Positions 19,521-31,130 are shown, counted from the first letter of the stretch. The stretch is DNA of 64,000 nucleotides from Desulfatiglandales bacterium (GCA_963667015.2 CAXXJJ010000004.1:3040001-3104000), one strand, 5' to 3'. Notes: generated by a model from the sequence alone, not told the origin. Made by a program: numbers and translations.

Positions 19521-20222
19521 TTAATTTTTGCCCTCCAGCAACACCTTGAGCCCCGTGGTCATCTCATCATCAGGGGCAATTTTCATCAGCCTCTCGAGCT
19601 GATTTTTCGCATCATCCATGCGGCCAGCCTCCACATACTGCAAACCCAGGAAATAGATGGAATCAACATTCCCGGGATCAAGTTTTATTGCCCTTTTAAA
19701 TTCCTCTTCTGCAAGATCATAGGAGCCCATTTTCTGATATGCAAGCGCCAGCCCGAAATGATTTTCCGCACTGTCCGGCTCAACCTCCATCGCCTTTTTA
19801 AAAATTCTTACAGAATCCTCAAACCTTTCCATCTCGCCATAGACCATGCCGAGATTGAAGAATATACTTGAGCCATAAAAGCCGAGACCGATGGCCTTTT
19901 CATAACATTTCACTTCATTCTCATGATCACCGAGCTGCCCGTAGCTGTAACCCATATGATACATGGCCAGACCGTTCCCGGGATTGTCCTTTAAAAAGAA
20001 CTCATGAAGAATGATACTTTTTTCATACTTCCCGTCCTTCAATGCCTTATCAGCCTCTTTATCGCAGATCATATCCAGCACAGGGAGAGCTTCTTTTTTT
20101 ACAGGAGCAGTCCCGCACCCGCAAAACATCTGAATGGCCACGGGAATACACGTTAAAATAACGAAAAATAATATGCTGTTTTTTTTCAAGGCATGATCTC
20201 CTGAATCAGTTTGATTGATCAA
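19521..20222 (-). CDS. TPR-repeat protein, probable lipoprotein
   Basis: Hydrophobic N-terminus with CGCG; multiple TPR motifs. Confidence 0.8.
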   Translation of the reverse strand: MINQTDSGDHALKKNSILFFVILTCIPVAIQMFCGCGTAPVKKEALPVLDMICDKEADKALKDGKYEKSIILHEFFLKDNPGNGLAMYHMGYSYGQLGDHENEVKCYEKAIGLGFYGSSIFFNLGMVYGEMERFEDSVRIFKKAMEVEPDSAENHFGLALAYQKMGSYDLAEEEFKRAIKLDPGNVDSIYFLGLQYVEAGRMDDAKNQLERLMKIAPDDEMTTGLKVLLEGKN

Positions 20223-20328
20223 TGAGAAGAATATCTTTAACTAACATTATGTTACCGGCATTTCAAAAACAATTTAAAATTTAAACAATTTCCTGTATGT
20301 TTTATGTAAACATCAAAGGAAAAATCCA

Positions 20329-21798
20329 ATGGACCCAATAGAAGAAAAAAGAAATGAAATGATCGAAGAATTCCTGTCATCCTGGTTTATCCTTGGAGGA
20401 TTTCTCTCATCAGACACATATAAACGTACAATGTGGGCCGCAGATGAAACACTGAGCTCACTTAAGGCATCCTACCATCTGACTCTTCGGAAAGGCCTCC
20501 CTGAACCCGGTTCTAATGAAAGACTGATCATGTCAGGTCACGAATGGCTCTTAAGACAATATTTTTGCAAACCCCTGAAGAGAAGCAATATGGAACTGGC
20601 CATCAGATGGTATACTGAAAATTCAGCAGTTAAGGCATTTCCTGTAGAATTATTTAAATCTCTCATTAATGAGTCCGCAGATGAAGACGTTTTTTTACCA
20701 GTTGACGTCTGGGGCTTTGCCGGAGGTCAGACCTTTTTTTCCGGTGTTCCATGCATGAGCTTTGAAGGGCCTGGAGGGATAGTCTCCTTTATAGAGCCCC
20801 AGATGTGCAGATATTACGGCTCAATAATTCACGCCACAAAGGGCAGACTCATGTATGAGGCCGCGGGCGAAAGGCATGCGGAATTCGGATACAGGGCTGA
20901 TCCCGATGAGATAATGTCCATAGCTAAACTCCTTTCCATCTACACAGGAAACGGCGGCAGTCCGATCCTTACATCCTGTGATGCAGCGGAGTTCATGTTT
21001 CCTGGCATGTTTAAAGCCATAGGCACAATCGGCCATGAATTTTTAAGCGCCTTTCAGTCCTTCTCAAAGAACCTTGAGGAGGCTGAAATCGAGGCAATGG
21101 ATACCTTTGTTTCCGGAATTGGAAATGCATCCCTGTTGAGTGACCTTGTTGATGCGGAATCCGTTGGAATGGAAAATGCGATAAACATCATGAAAAAATA
21201 TCCTGATAACAGCAAAATAGGCGTAAGGATAGACTCGGGCGACATAGCCGGCCAGTGCATCCTGTATTACAACAGGATGAAAGAGGAAGGTATCCGGAAC
21301 AGGCTGATTGTATTTGAAGATGAAATAACGCCTGAAAAGGTAAAGGAGGTACACGCATTATTTAAAGATGCCACAGGCGCTGAACCGACTATCCTCTTTC
21401 CGGGGGCAGGAGGTTATTACTACAGAATGTTTCACAGGGACACAGTCTCCGCTGCATTTAAAAGATCCATGACCGAAGACCGCCCCAATATCAAATTCAG
21501 CAATTCACCAGGCAAGGAATCTATTCCCGGTACTATAAGGGTATACGAACAGGGAAAAACCCTGATTGTCGCAGATAAAAGTGAAGATATTGACGGAACA
21601 CCACTTTTTGTAAAACTGGTTGAAAATGGAAAAATAATAAATCCTGAAGATATGGATTTTAAGATTCAGGCGGACAGGGCAAATAAAACATGGAATCGAT
21701 ACAGCGGGTTTACACTATCCCCTAAAATAGGTGAATGGAAGGACCTGTTTGAGGATATGAAACAAAGAGCCGTCTCCGAAACATTCTACAATAAATAA
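20329..21798 (+). CDS. pncB: Nicotinate phosphoribosyltransferase-family protein
   Basis: SDTYK, EFGYR, GTIGHE, RIDSGD and KESIPG motifs; divergent member. Confidence 0.72.
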   Translation: MDPIEEKRNEMIEEFLSSWFILGGFLSSDTYKRTMWAADETLSSLKASYHLTLRKGLPEPGSNERLIMSGHEWLLRQYFCKPLKRSNMELAIRWYTENSAVKAFPVELFKSLINESADEDVFLPVDVWGFAGGQTFFSGVPCMSFEGPGGIVSFIEPQMCRYYGSIIHATKGRLMYEAAGERHAEFGYRADPDEIMSIAKLLSIYTGNGGSPILTSCDAAEFMFPGMFKAIGTIGHEFLSAFQSFSKNLEEAEIEAMDTFVSGIGNASLLSDLVDAESVGMENAINIMKKYPDNSKIGVRIDSGDIAGQCILYYNRMKEEGIRNRLIVFEDEITPEKVKEVHALFKDATGAEPTILFPGAGGYYYRMFHRDTVSAAFKRSMTEDRPNIKFSNSPGKESIPGTIRVYEQGKTLIVADKSEDIDGTPLFVKLVENGKIINPEDMDFKIQADRANKTWNRYSGFTLSPKIGEWKDLFEDMKQRAVSETFYNK

Positions 21799-21975
21799 TC
21801 CTTAAACTTGATAACAGCTCCACTATACCCAATTTCAGCTGTGTGTTTTAGTTATTTATCATCCTTATTCAAGATTATTCCCCATATAAATAATACCTTA
21901 TTGACATCAATTACCTTCTCAAATATTTATCACCTGTTTGAACCCTATTTTGATACAGGTATAAAGGAGAGGAAA

Positions 21976-23946
21976 ATGAAAAAGCTAATTTATTCTATAG
22001 GATTTTTTTTGATCGCAGGGATTATATCTCTGCCGGCAGCGGCGATTGAAGAAGACAGTAAGCTGGAGACATATACCCTGGGTGAAATAGTTATTTCTGC
22101 CGAGGGAAAAGGTGTTGAAACAATTGGGACAGTAAGAGAGGTAACAGCCGAAGAAATAGAAATAAGCGGCGCTGAAACACTCGATGAGGCATTGAAGCTT
22201 TTACCCGGCATAATGGTGCGTACAGGCGGGCAGGGAGTTCCAAGGCCCGACCTCAGGGGCATGAAACCAAGGCATGTAACACTTCTTATCGATGGCATCC
22301 CATTTAATTCTGCAGGCGACGGCCAGTTTGATCCAAGCCTTATCACCACTGAAAACATAGCCAGGATAAAGGTTTCCTATGGAAATGATTCTGTGCTTTA
22401 CGGCCCCGGCGGACTCGGCGGTGTTATCAATGTAATAACAAAAAAGGGTACAAAAAATACAACAGGCAGTGTGACAGTAAAATACGCACAGGAAGACACA
22501 CTGCTTGCAAAGGCAAATATTTCGGGCGGAACCGATAAGATAAATTATTTTGTAAGCGCCAGCGATTACAGCAGTGACGGATACCGACTTTCAGATGATT
22601 TCACTCCTACAGACTATGAAGATGGCGGGACAAGAAACAACAGTGACAGAGAACTCACAAGTTTTTTTGGAAACCTGACATTAACCCCCAATGATAAAAG
22701 CCAGATAGGCCTTATTATTGATAAAATCACAGGAGAACGGGGCATTCCAACCATTACTCTTGACCGGGATGATCCCTTTGGCAAAAACCCAAAGTTTGAA
22801 AGAGTGGATGACCAGGACGGTCTGAGCATGAGCCTTTCCGGAAGCTATGATATTGACGGGCCGTTAAGCTTCAGGGGCTGGGTCTTTATGAGCGATCTTG
22901 AAGAGCTGAAAAACGGGTATGATGATGATACCTATACAACACAGACAGCAAGAAACTCTTACAGGGCAAAGGAAACCACTGAAATCCGGGGGGCAAACCT
23001 TCAGACACAATACTTTGCAGAAAACTATGGGAAGATTTCATTTACCATTGGAACAAAAGAGGAAAAATTCGACAGTTCGGGATGGGAAGTGGGAAGGAAT
23101 AATACCACATACTTTGATGAAAGCAATGACATAACTACACACACTGTAGCAGCCGAGTATGAAGTTCAGCCCATTGAGAAACTGGGTTTTGTGGCAGGTT
23201 ACGGATACTCGTGGTTTAAAAAGGAAGGCGGCCTGGATGACAGCACTGGTAATTATCTGATCGGCTTCAACTATGACCTTACAAAAAACAGCAGTATCAA
23301 GGCATCAGTCGCTGATAAGGTAAGGTTCCCCTCTGTCACACAGCTTTACGGCATCGGAGAAGGTAATCCGGAGCTGGAATATGAAAAAGCAATGAATTAT
23401 GAAATTGGATTTGAGCAATACATACCCAGTTGCAAAACGTCTTTCTCCATAACCGGATTCAGAAGGGATGTTGAAAATTACATTTCAAAGGATGATGACG
23501 GGGTAAACCAGAACCATGAAGAATACATGTTCCAGGGCATTGAAATTACGGCGACAAACCAGTCTGTAGAAAACCTTGACCTGAGCCTGGCATATACCTA
23601 TATGGATACGGAAGACAAATCACCGGGATCACTGGTTGACCAGGTACAATACAATCCGGAGCACAAGCTGGCTCTCCAGGGGACATATGAATTTGCCTAT
23701 AATATTTCAGCATATGCAGGCATCGAGCGCATTGAAAATCAATATTACTATAACAGCGACAACACACTTAAAGGCAAGCTGCCTGACTACACAATCGTAA
23801 ATCTTAAAATCGAAAAGGGATTCTTTTCAAAGTCATTAAAGATTTTTGCCGGAGCAGACAACCTTTTTGACAAAAACTATTTTGAGAGTTACGCCCTGCC
23901 GAGAGAAGGGAGAAGTATATACGGTGGTCTTACTTACGCCTTTTAG
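21976..23946 (+). CDS. TonB-dependent outer-membrane receptor
   Basis: Signal peptide, TonB box (EIVISA), plug (LIDGIP, SVLYG..GGVIN), NLFDKNY and terminal Phe. Confidence 0.93.
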   Translation: MKKLIYSIGFFLIAGIISLPAAAIEEDSKLETYTLGEIVISAEGKGVETIGTVREVTAEEIEISGAETLDEALKLLPGIMVRTGGQGVPRPDLRGMKPRHVTLLIDGIPFNSAGDGQFDPSLITTENIARIKVSYGNDSVLYGPGGLGGVINVITKKGTKNTTGSVTVKYAQEDTLLAKANISGGTDKINYFVSASDYSSDGYRLSDDFTPTDYEDGGTRNNSDRELTSFFGNLTLTPNDKSQIGLIIDKITGERGIPTITLDRDDPFGKNPKFERVDDQDGLSMSLSGSYDIDGPLSFRGWVFMSDLEELKNGYDDDTYTTQTARNSYRAKETTEIRGANLQTQYFAENYGKISFTIGTKEEKFDSSGWEVGRNNTTYFDESNDITTHTVAAEYEVQPIEKLGFVAGYGYSWFKKEGGLDDSTGNYLIGFNYDLTKNSSIKASVADKVRFPSVTQLYGIGEGNPELEYEKAMNYEIGFEQYIPSCKTSFSITGFRRDVENYISKDDDGVNQNHEEYMFQGIEITATNQSVENLDLSLAYTYMDTEDKSPGSLVDQVQYNPEHKLALQGTYEFAYNISAYAGIERIENQYYYNSDNTLKGKLPDYTIVNLKIEKGFFSKSLKIFAGADNLFDKNYFESYALPREGRSIYGGLTYAF

Positions 23947-23981
23947 CAGTATTTATCGCCTGTATAATAATCAATAAAAGT

Positions 23982-24029
23982 GGGCCGCATATTTCCGGAT
24001 ACTGTTTCCGTCAAAATATGCGGCCCTTT
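23982..24029 (+). terminator. Intrinsic terminator after TBDR
   Basis: GGGCCGCATATTT...AAATATGCGGCCC-TTT stem. Confidence 0.65.
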
Positions 24030-24162
24030 ATATATTATAAGGTTTAATGAATATTGCCTTTATTCCTCCCCTGTGCTAATACTCCTTAATTCCGGGGAGT
24101 TAGAAGATGTAATTTTTTAGTTCCCGGGATCTATACGCAAGGTCAAAGGAGATTATTTTAAA

Positions 24163-25233
24163 ATGGAAATCACGATCACCAAAACAGAATCGAATAAACT
24201 GAAAAATAAACCGGACGAATCAAACCTGGTTTTTGGAGATATTTTTACAGACCATATGTTTGTTGTAGACTACGAGGAGGGAAAGGGTTGGTTTGACCCG
24301 CGCATCGTACCCTATGGCAATTTCAGCATTGATCCGGCTGCCATGTCCATCCATTACGGGCAGGAGATATTTGAAGGATTAAAGGCCTATAAATCGGATG
24401 ACTGCAGCATTTATCTGTTCAGGCCCGAGGAAAATGCCAGGAGATTCAACCGATCCGCAGCAAGGATGTGCATGCCGGAACTGGACATTGACCTTTTCAT
24501 GGAAGGTCTTAAAAAACTGCTGCTGCTTGAGCAGGACTGGATACCCAGAAACCAGGGAACGTCACTCTATATCAGACCCGCAATGTTCGCAACCGAACCC
24601 CATCTTGGAGTAAGACCGGCAAAGGAATATACAGCATTTATCATTCTCTGTCCAGTTGGGGCATACTACAAGGAAGGCTTAAGCCCCATAAAGATTTATG
24701 TTGAAGACAAGTATGTCAGGGCATCAATCGGAGGGACCGGCGAGGCCAAGACCGCAGGCAACTATGCTGCCAGCCTTCTTGCGGCGGAAGAGGCAAAGGA
24801 AAAGGGCTTTACGCAGGTATTATGGCTTGATGCGGCAGAAAGAAAGTATATCGAAGAAGTCGGAACAATGAACATGTTCTTCGTGATTGATAACGAAATC
24901 ATAACCGCACCGCTTGCCGGAAGTGTCCTGCCCGGTATAACCAGGGACTCGGCTATTCAGCTTGTAAAGAGCTGGGGCATGAAGGTTTCCGAAAAGGCAC
25001 TTACCATTGATGAGGTTATCGCGGCAGCAAGAGACGGAAGACTTACCGAGGCATTCGGCACAGGAACAGCCGCAGTTATCTCGCCTGTGGGCCAGATTAC
25101 CTACAGGGGAGAGGATCATATTGTTGCCGGCGGTAAAATGGGAGAACTGTCACAGAAACTCTACGATGATATCGTAGCCATCCAGTACGGTAAAAAGGAT
25201 GACCCTTTCGGCTGGAGAATTAAGATAAATTAA
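24163..25233 (+). CDS. ilvE: Branched-chain amino acid aminotransferase
   Basis: HYGQEIFEGLKAY, LYIRP, AKTAGNY, EEVGTMN, LPGITR and GTGTAAVI motifs. Confidence 0.95.
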   Translation: MEITITKTESNKLKNKPDESNLVFGDIFTDHMFVVDYEEGKGWFDPRIVPYGNFSIDPAAMSIHYGQEIFEGLKAYKSDDCSIYLFRPEENARRFNRSAARMCMPELDIDLFMEGLKKLLLLEQDWIPRNQGTSLYIRPAMFATEPHLGVRPAKEYTAFIILCPVGAYYKEGLSPIKIYVEDKYVRASIGGTGEAKTAGNYAASLLAAEEAKEKGFTQVLWLDAAERKYIEEVGTMNMFFVIDNEIITAPLAGSVLPGITRDSAIQLVKSWGMKVSEKALTIDEVIAAARDGRLTEAFGTGTAAVISPVGQITYRGEDHIVAGGKMGELSQKLYDDIVAIQYGKKDDPFGWRIKIN

Positions 25234-25627
25234 ATAATCCATTTATCCATCCGGAAACCAATTATTTCTGGATGGATACTTATCACTTTCAGCCCTTTAT
25301 ATTCTCCATATATCACAACAAATGCTAATTTTGAGATAAGCTATCTGTACTTTTACATCACTTACCTATACCACAAGATATTGTATGCAGCTCATTTCTG
25401 GAAAGTTAAAGCATACCGGTAAATTAACTTTGACTCTTTCGCTTCAAAACACATAAAACACGAAGCCGCCACTCCATTACCATACGCACCAACTCCTGAG
25501 TATTTTCCCCTTTTGCGAGAATATACTTAAATACCTTGTATCAGAAAAGTTCATTCCAAAAACGGTGTTAGGCTTGGATTGGATGTAGCGTTAAGGATAT
25601 CATCACTCTTCTTGATTTATTATTCAT

Positions 25628-26173
25628 TTATATATGCGGAATCTCAGGATCATTTATAATCTCGATAACTGCTAAAGCAACTGCCCCGCTATATGCACGT
25701 GAAGAACCTCCGGCTATAACGTTTTTAACAGAGAAAGACTTTGCCTTTTTCCCTGCAATATCAACAGAAAACTCCAATGATGCGGCTGTTCTCCACATTC
25801 CTCCATCAAGTGTCGAGTTATTAATTTTTATTTTGAGTGATTTATCAGTAGTGTCCGATATTTCAATACTTTTTTTTCGCAATTCTGAAGTGAGTTGTTC
25901 TGCTATGTTATCCGCAAGAACCTTAAAATTAACTTAAAAATTATGGTGGCCTGTTGAAAACACTAGATGATCAGAGGCATCTTCATTACCACTTATAATA
26001 TTTAGTGGATGAGAATTCTTATCGGTTATTTGGGCGGTCAATAAATTAGACGTTATTGAATACTCTTCCCATGTATAATCATGCCTTATTGCACATCCAG
26101 AAAAAAACAAAACAATAATTAGGAGTATAAATAATTTTTGTGTCATCTCTAATATTCTTATTATGGTGTTCAT
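25628..26173 (-). pseudogene. Lipoprotein gene interrupted by in-frame TAA
   Basis: ORF 25934..26173 (lipobox FSGC) continues in frame past TAA as VNFKVLADNIAEQLTSE into ORF 25628..25882. Confidence 0.7.
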
Positions 26174-26486
26174 TAAATTATAAAAATCTCTTTAAATAAA
26201 GCCGTATGAGCTGACATGTGACAGGAATTTTTTTAGGAGCTGAGTATAAACAGCTCGACATTTAAAACAAAAAGGCAGCCATAAAAACTTTCAGCACCCT
26301 AAAGACCTCAATTTCACAGCACGTTGTAAACTTAGCAGTGATTCAAAGCCTGAAGCAGAGACAGTTGATGCACAATCTATCCTCATTCGATAAGAATTCC
26401 TTTTTTGATGAATGAAGTAGTCGGAGTTTGGTGGTATATGTCAATCTGAGATCACCCCAAAATATTGTATAGTCAAGAATGTAATT

Positions 26487-26505
26487 AAAACCTGCAATCA
26501 CTGCT
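26487..26505 (+). repeat. 19-bp direct repeat, copy 1 (AAAACCTGCAATCACTGCT)
   Basis: Identical to 31562-31580. Confidence 0.75.
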
Positions 26506-26780
26506 TATTTAAAATTTGGGTTGTTTTCAATAAAAATCGCAGATCCTAAATATAACTTATCGGACCTTGTGTTAATATTAATATATATTATCCTTGACAT
26601 ATAAAACTTTTATTGGAATAAGTAAACCGTCGAAAAAATATGTTTGAACGAAGCATTATCCAATAAAAAAGGTGCCCTCTTAACGAAATAAAGACATCTT
26701 ATTCTTCTGGATAAAATCATACGATAAAAAACAATCAATAAGGTTTTATAAACTTCTCTTACGTTAAGTTTATTAACAAC

Positions 26781-28166
26781 ATGAATCTTTTTGAAAAAAA
26801 TATGGATCAAAAAATTATTACGAAAATAAAAGCGGCTAATAACTTCTTCAGAATAAAATGGCTGATTTTAATCTGGGTATTAATATTTGGAATATATCCT
26901 TCTCATGTCCAGGCAACGCAGATCAATGATCAGTTACACGTCGATGGAGAAGTAAGGTTGCGCTATGAGTTGATGGGTGGTTTTAATGACAAAATATATG
27001 GTGAAACATCTGCTGTTGGTGAAAGTCAGGATGAGTACCTCTTGAGCCGCATACGATTGTCCATGATATATAAATTCACCCCTGGTCTTCTCTTCAAGAT
27101 TTCCATGCAGGATGCCAGGGCAATGGACTGGGGTTTCAATGACAGCGACTGGTACAGCAAAGAGTTTGGCATGGAGAATAATCCGCAAAAGGATCATCTG
27201 GAGCTCCACCATACTTATTTACAGGCATCTGATATTGGAGGATCTCCGTTCACACTTACACTGGGACGCCAGAAAATCGCCTATGGCGATAACCGGATTT
27301 TTGGACCCGGTGAATGGAAAAATTCCGGTAAATGGATCTGGGATGCCTTAAAACTCTCCTACTCAAAAGGAAATCATTTTATCGATTTTTTTTATGGTTC
27401 CTCCATGCTGCATGACCCCAATGAGTTTTCACTATCTCACAGATGGGGATATGAAGGGTTCGGAATCTACGCACACTATGCCTTGGAAACAGTGTCGATT
27501 GAACCTGTCCTGGCATACAAACACAATGATAACGGAAATACTACCTATCACAGTCTCACTCACTACTATGCCGGAGTGCGCCTCTATGATAATATTGGAA
27601 ATTTTTTCTATAATGGGACCTATATAAGACAATTTGGAGAACAGGTATCCAATGAGGGCACAAAATCCGATGTTGACGCATATGGATGGCATCTTGATGC
27701 CGGATACAATTTTATGCTGGGCAGTGTAAAGTTAAAAACAGGGGCCGGATACAGTTATGCATCAGGAGATGATTCTTCTACTCCGGATATCGAAAAATTC
27801 GACGCTATATTCGGAGCATCGGATAAATACTACGGAAGAATGAATCTTATGGAATGGTCAAATCTGAAGGACGCTGTATTGTTACTAGTTGTCTCCCCTA
27901 ACAAAAACATCAATATAAAAATTGAGTATCACTGTTTTAAACTGGCTGATAAAAGTGACAAATGGCGCAGCTATAGAAACCAGACAGGTGCCAATGAGGA
28001 TGACCTGGGTTCTGAAATAGATGCAGTCCTTGGATATAATGTTAATAAAAATATCAAAATCCAGACAGGTTATGGACACTTCTGGCCGGGTGATTTTATT
28101 ATACAGAATGTCCCTGCACATAACCGGTCTGACTGGTACTTTTTCCAGTCGACCTTTATATTTTGA
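26781..28166 (+). CDS. Alginate-export-family outer-membrane beta-barrel
   Basis: GEVRLRYE, LGRQKIAYG, YSYASGD, LGSEID motifs and terminal Phe; start uncertain. Confidence 0.82.
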   Translation: MNLFEKNMDQKIITKIKAANNFFRIKWLILIWVLIFGIYPSHVQATQINDQLHVDGEVRLRYELMGGFNDKIYGETSAVGESQDEYLLSRIRLSMIYKFTPGLLFKISMQDARAMDWGFNDSDWYSKEFGMENNPQKDHLELHHTYLQASDIGGSPFTLTLGRQKIAYGDNRIFGPGEWKNSGKWIWDALKLSYSKGNHFIDFFYGSSMLHDPNEFSLSHRWGYEGFGIYAHYALETVSIEPVLAYKHNDNGNTTYHSLTHYYAGVRLYDNIGNFFYNGTYIRQFGEQVSNEGTKSDVDAYGWHLDAGYNFMLGSVKLKTGAGYSYASGDDSSTPDIEKFDAIFGASDKYYGRMNLMEWSNLKDAVLLLVVSPNKNINIKIEYHCFKLADKSDKWRSYRNQTGANEDDLGSEIDAVLGYNVNKNIKIQTGYGHFWPGDFIIQNVPAHNRSDWYFFQSTFIF

Positions 28167-28215
28167 TTTGAGTTACATGCAGATTAGCCTTTAGTAAGAA
28201 AAGGATAAATACACC

Positions 28216-29259
28216 ATGAAAAATATAAATATCAGCCGCAGAAAGTTCCTTATCAGATCCGCGACCGGAGCAGCAGGATTGTTTGCTGCCCCTTATCTTG
28301 GTATAAATATTTGGGCAAAGGAGAAAAGCAATCCCATCCGGATAGCCGTTGAATTCAACAGTCATGCCGTACCCGCATATGTTGCAATCGATAAAAATTT
28401 TTATAAAGAAGAAGGTCTGAATTTCTCTGCCTATAAAAGTTATGCTACAGGAGCATCGCTTGCAGCCGGATTGATAAAAGGAGATATCGATGCAGCCTAT
28501 ATTTGTCTTATCCCGGCTGTAAACGCATTCGCAAACGCTGGTGTTCCTATAAAAGTAGTTTGCGTAACTCATTTATATGGTTATGGACTGGCCGTTAATC
28601 CTGAACTGATAAAGTCTGTTAAAGATCTGGAAAAACCGGAGATTCGCCTGGGAGGATTAAGAGAAGGCACGTCAGTAGATACAATAATCCATAAAACCAT
28701 GGATACCTATGCCATGGACAAACAAACGATCCTGTCAAAAATCAGACGGATGTCTCCATCAAAATCCCTTTTGGCCGTAAGAGCCGGTCAGCTTGATGCG
28801 GTTTTTCTTCCGGAACACTGGCTGACTATGACAGAGGGTTATGGTTATAAGGTTATACTTACTGCCCGTGACCTGTGGCCGGACATGATAGGAAGTGTTC
28901 TTGCCGTAAAGGATGAACTGATCCAGGATAACCCATCGATTGTTAACGGGCTTGTTAAAGCAACATTAAAGGCCACAGACTGGATGAATCAATACCCTGA
29001 AAAGAGTGCGTACCTTGCCGCAGGATATCTTTCCTTTGAAGATGAAAAAGTCCCCCTTTCAGAAGCTTTTGAGAATAAAGATGAGCTTAAAGTATCCGGG
29101 GAATACATTATGCGTTCAATGAAAAATCTCGATTATATCAATGCAATTAATAAAAGCGGGGTCCAGGACACCGTGGATTATGTTGCCGGCCTGGGCAATA
29201 TTAAAAAATCTTTTAATTCCGAAAAGATGCTTGATTTACAGTTCTTAAAACAGGGGTAA
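28216..29259 (+). CDS. ABC transporter substrate-binding protein (NMT1/SsuA-like) with Tat signal
   Basis: SRRKFL Tat motif; PAYVA..K.FYKEEGL, GDIDAAY and GQLDAVFLPE motifs. Confidence 0.85.
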   Translation: MKNINISRRKFLIRSATGAAGLFAAPYLGINIWAKEKSNPIRIAVEFNSHAVPAYVAIDKNFYKEEGLNFSAYKSYATGASLAAGLIKGDIDAAYICLIPAVNAFANAGVPIKVVCVTHLYGYGLAVNPELIKSVKDLEKPEIRLGGLREGTSVDTIIHKTMDTYAMDKQTILSKIRRMSPSKSLLAVRAGQLDAVFLPEHWLTMTEGYGYKVILTARDLWPDMIGSVLAVKDELIQDNPSIVNGLVKATLKATDWMNQYPEKSAYLAAGYLSFEDEKVPLSEAFENKDELKVSGEYIMRSMKNLDYINAINKSGVQDTVDYVAGLGNIKKSFNSEKMLDLQFLKQG

Positions 29260-29264
29260 ATATT

Positions 29265-30047
29265 TTGCATTTATTTACAATTGCTGTTCGAAAAACAATC
29301 TGGAAAATCCTCCCGGTTTTGGTCTTTTTTGCATTGTGGGAATTTATAGCACGTATTGACAGATTTTCCACATCCATGATTTTCCCTCCATTCAGCACTG
29401 TTATACTTGAAATCGTAGAATTGTTTAAAAGCGGTGTATTGTTTAATAATCTTGCAGATACGCTGTTCAGGGTTTTAACCGGACTTTGTGTGGGGACTAT
29501 AGCCGGAATTATTACAGGTATAGCAATGGGATGGAGGAAAGTCGTCGGCCACTCCCTGTCTCCTGTTATAAGTATCCTTTATCCCATACCTGCACTTGGC
29601 TGGCTGCCGCTTATGATGCTCTGGATAGGCATTAATGAGATGCTGCCAATTATGGTCATTACTATCAGCGCATTTTTCCCTGTATGCTACAACACGGCGT
29701 CAGGGGTACGTGATGTTGACCGGACGATCGTTAAAGCTGCTCATATGCTGGGGGCATCAGAAAAACGGATACTGTTTGAAGTAATACTTCCCAATGCAGC
29801 TCCGCAGGTGTTTGCGGGACTGAGGCTTTCATCCGGTATGGCATGGAGAACTGTTTTAGCAGCAGAAATGGTAGCTATCCCAACCGGCATCGGGGCACTG
29901 ATCATGAAGGGTGAAAGTCTTGTAAGAGTCGATATCATATTGTCCTGCCTTTTTATTCTTTCCATCCTTTGCCTTATCTTTGAAAAAATTCTGGAAGCAT
30001 TGGAAAAAAAATGGGTGGGAAAGTGGAGAAACTGTGCCGGAAATTAA
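29265..30047 (+). CDS. ABC transporter permease (SsuC/TauC-like)
   Basis: PIPALGWLP, KAAHMLGAS and VLAAEM motifs. Confidence 0.88.
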   Translation: MHLFTIAVRKTIWKILPVLVFFALWEFIARIDRFSTSMIFPPFSTVILEIVELFKSGVLFNNLADTLFRVLTGLCVGTIAGIITGIAMGWRKVVGHSLSPVISILYPIPALGWLPLMMLWIGINEMLPIMVITISAFFPVCYNTASGVRDVDRTIVKAAHMLGASEKRILFEVILPNAAPQVFAGLRLSSGMAWRTVLAAEMVAIPTGIGALIMKGESLVRVDIILSCLFILSILCLIFEKILEALEKKWVGKWRNCAGN

Positions 30048-31083
30048 GCTTGTAAATGTCTGTAAAAATAACTGTCTTGACCTTAACCTTACTATCAACG
30101 ATGGTGAATATTTTGTCATTGTTGGTGAAACCGGTGCAGGAAAGACAACTTTATTGAATATGATAGCGGGCGTTGTGAAATATTCAGGAACTGTTATGAT
30201 CGACGGGTGTAATATGAATCATCTTCCACCCTTTAAGCGAGGTGTCGGGTATCTTTTGCAGGAGCTGGCTCTTTTCCCGCATTATTCAGTAGAAGCTAAT
30301 ATCGCTTTCGGTCTAAGGGCTCAGGGATATGCAAAACCCATGATAAAAGAACTGGTCTCTTCTCTAATGAAAATGATGAATATTGATCATCTGGCCGGAC
30401 ATTATCCACACATGATTTCGGGAGGCGAAAAAAAAAGGGTAGCCCTGGCCCGTTCCCTTGCACCTTCCCCCAGGATTCTGCTGCTTGACGAACCGACCTC
30501 TAACCTGGATGCCCAGACAGCAAAATATTTACGAGGTGAGTTGCGCTCCCTCTTAAAAAAACTGGGAGTAACCACACTTCATGTCACTCATAATCTTAGA
30601 GAAGCCGAGGAAATTGCCGATCGAATAGCATTAATTTCAAACGGTGTAATCGAACAGGTTGCTGCACCTGTAGAACTATTTTTCAATCCCGCAAACACCT
30701 CTGTCGCTGAATTTCTGGGTATGCCCAATATTATGGAATGCAATGAAACTAGATCCCTTTCTTCAGGGCTGGTAGAAATTTTAATGAAAGACCTGATGAT
30801 AATACTGCCATATGACGGCAGAGCTATTGAAAAAATTGCAATCCCGCCTGATGCAGTCCATATTTACAATAAACGACCTGAACAACCAGTTTTAAACAGT
30901 TTCACAGGAACAGTGAAAGATATTATCCAAAAAAATTCAGCAGTGATACTGATACTTACAGTTGGTGAAAGCAGACTTGTCTCGGAATTACCAGCGAGAA
31001 TATTTGACAGCATGTCCATAGAATGTGGAGCAAAGGTATACGGAACAATAAAAATCGAGCGGCTACGTTATATCGGATCATAA
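30034..31083 (+). CDS. ABC transporter ATP-binding protein with C-terminal TOBE-like domain (CysA/WtpC-like)
   Basis: GETGAGKT, ISGGE, LLLDEP and HVTH motifs; probable GTG start at 30034. Confidence 0.88.
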   Translation: MPEIKLVNVCKNNCLDLNLTINDGEYFVIVGETGAGKTTLLNMIAGVVKYSGTVMIDGCNMNHLPPFKRGVGYLLQELALFPHYSVEANIAFGLRAQGYAKPMIKELVSSLMKMMNIDHLAGHYPHMISGGEKKRVALARSLAPSPRILLLDEPTSNLDAQTAKYLRGELRSLLKKLGVTTLHVTHNLREAEEIADRIALISNGVIEQVAAPVELFFNPANTSVAEFLGMPNIMECNETRSLSSGLVEILMKDLMIILPYDGRAIEKIAIPPDAVHIYNKRPEQPVLNSFTGTVKDIIQKNSAVILILTVGESRLVSELPARIFDSMSIECGAKVYGTIKIERLRYIGS

Positions 31084-31130
31084 AGAGTAAATATAAATTA
31101 TTCTTTATTCTCAACTTAGGAGGAGATTGT

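Noticed and set aside
21800..21975. Cobalamin riboswitch upstream of the TonB receptor
   Set aside because: No B12-box or GGGAA motifs; the leader is short and AT-rich.
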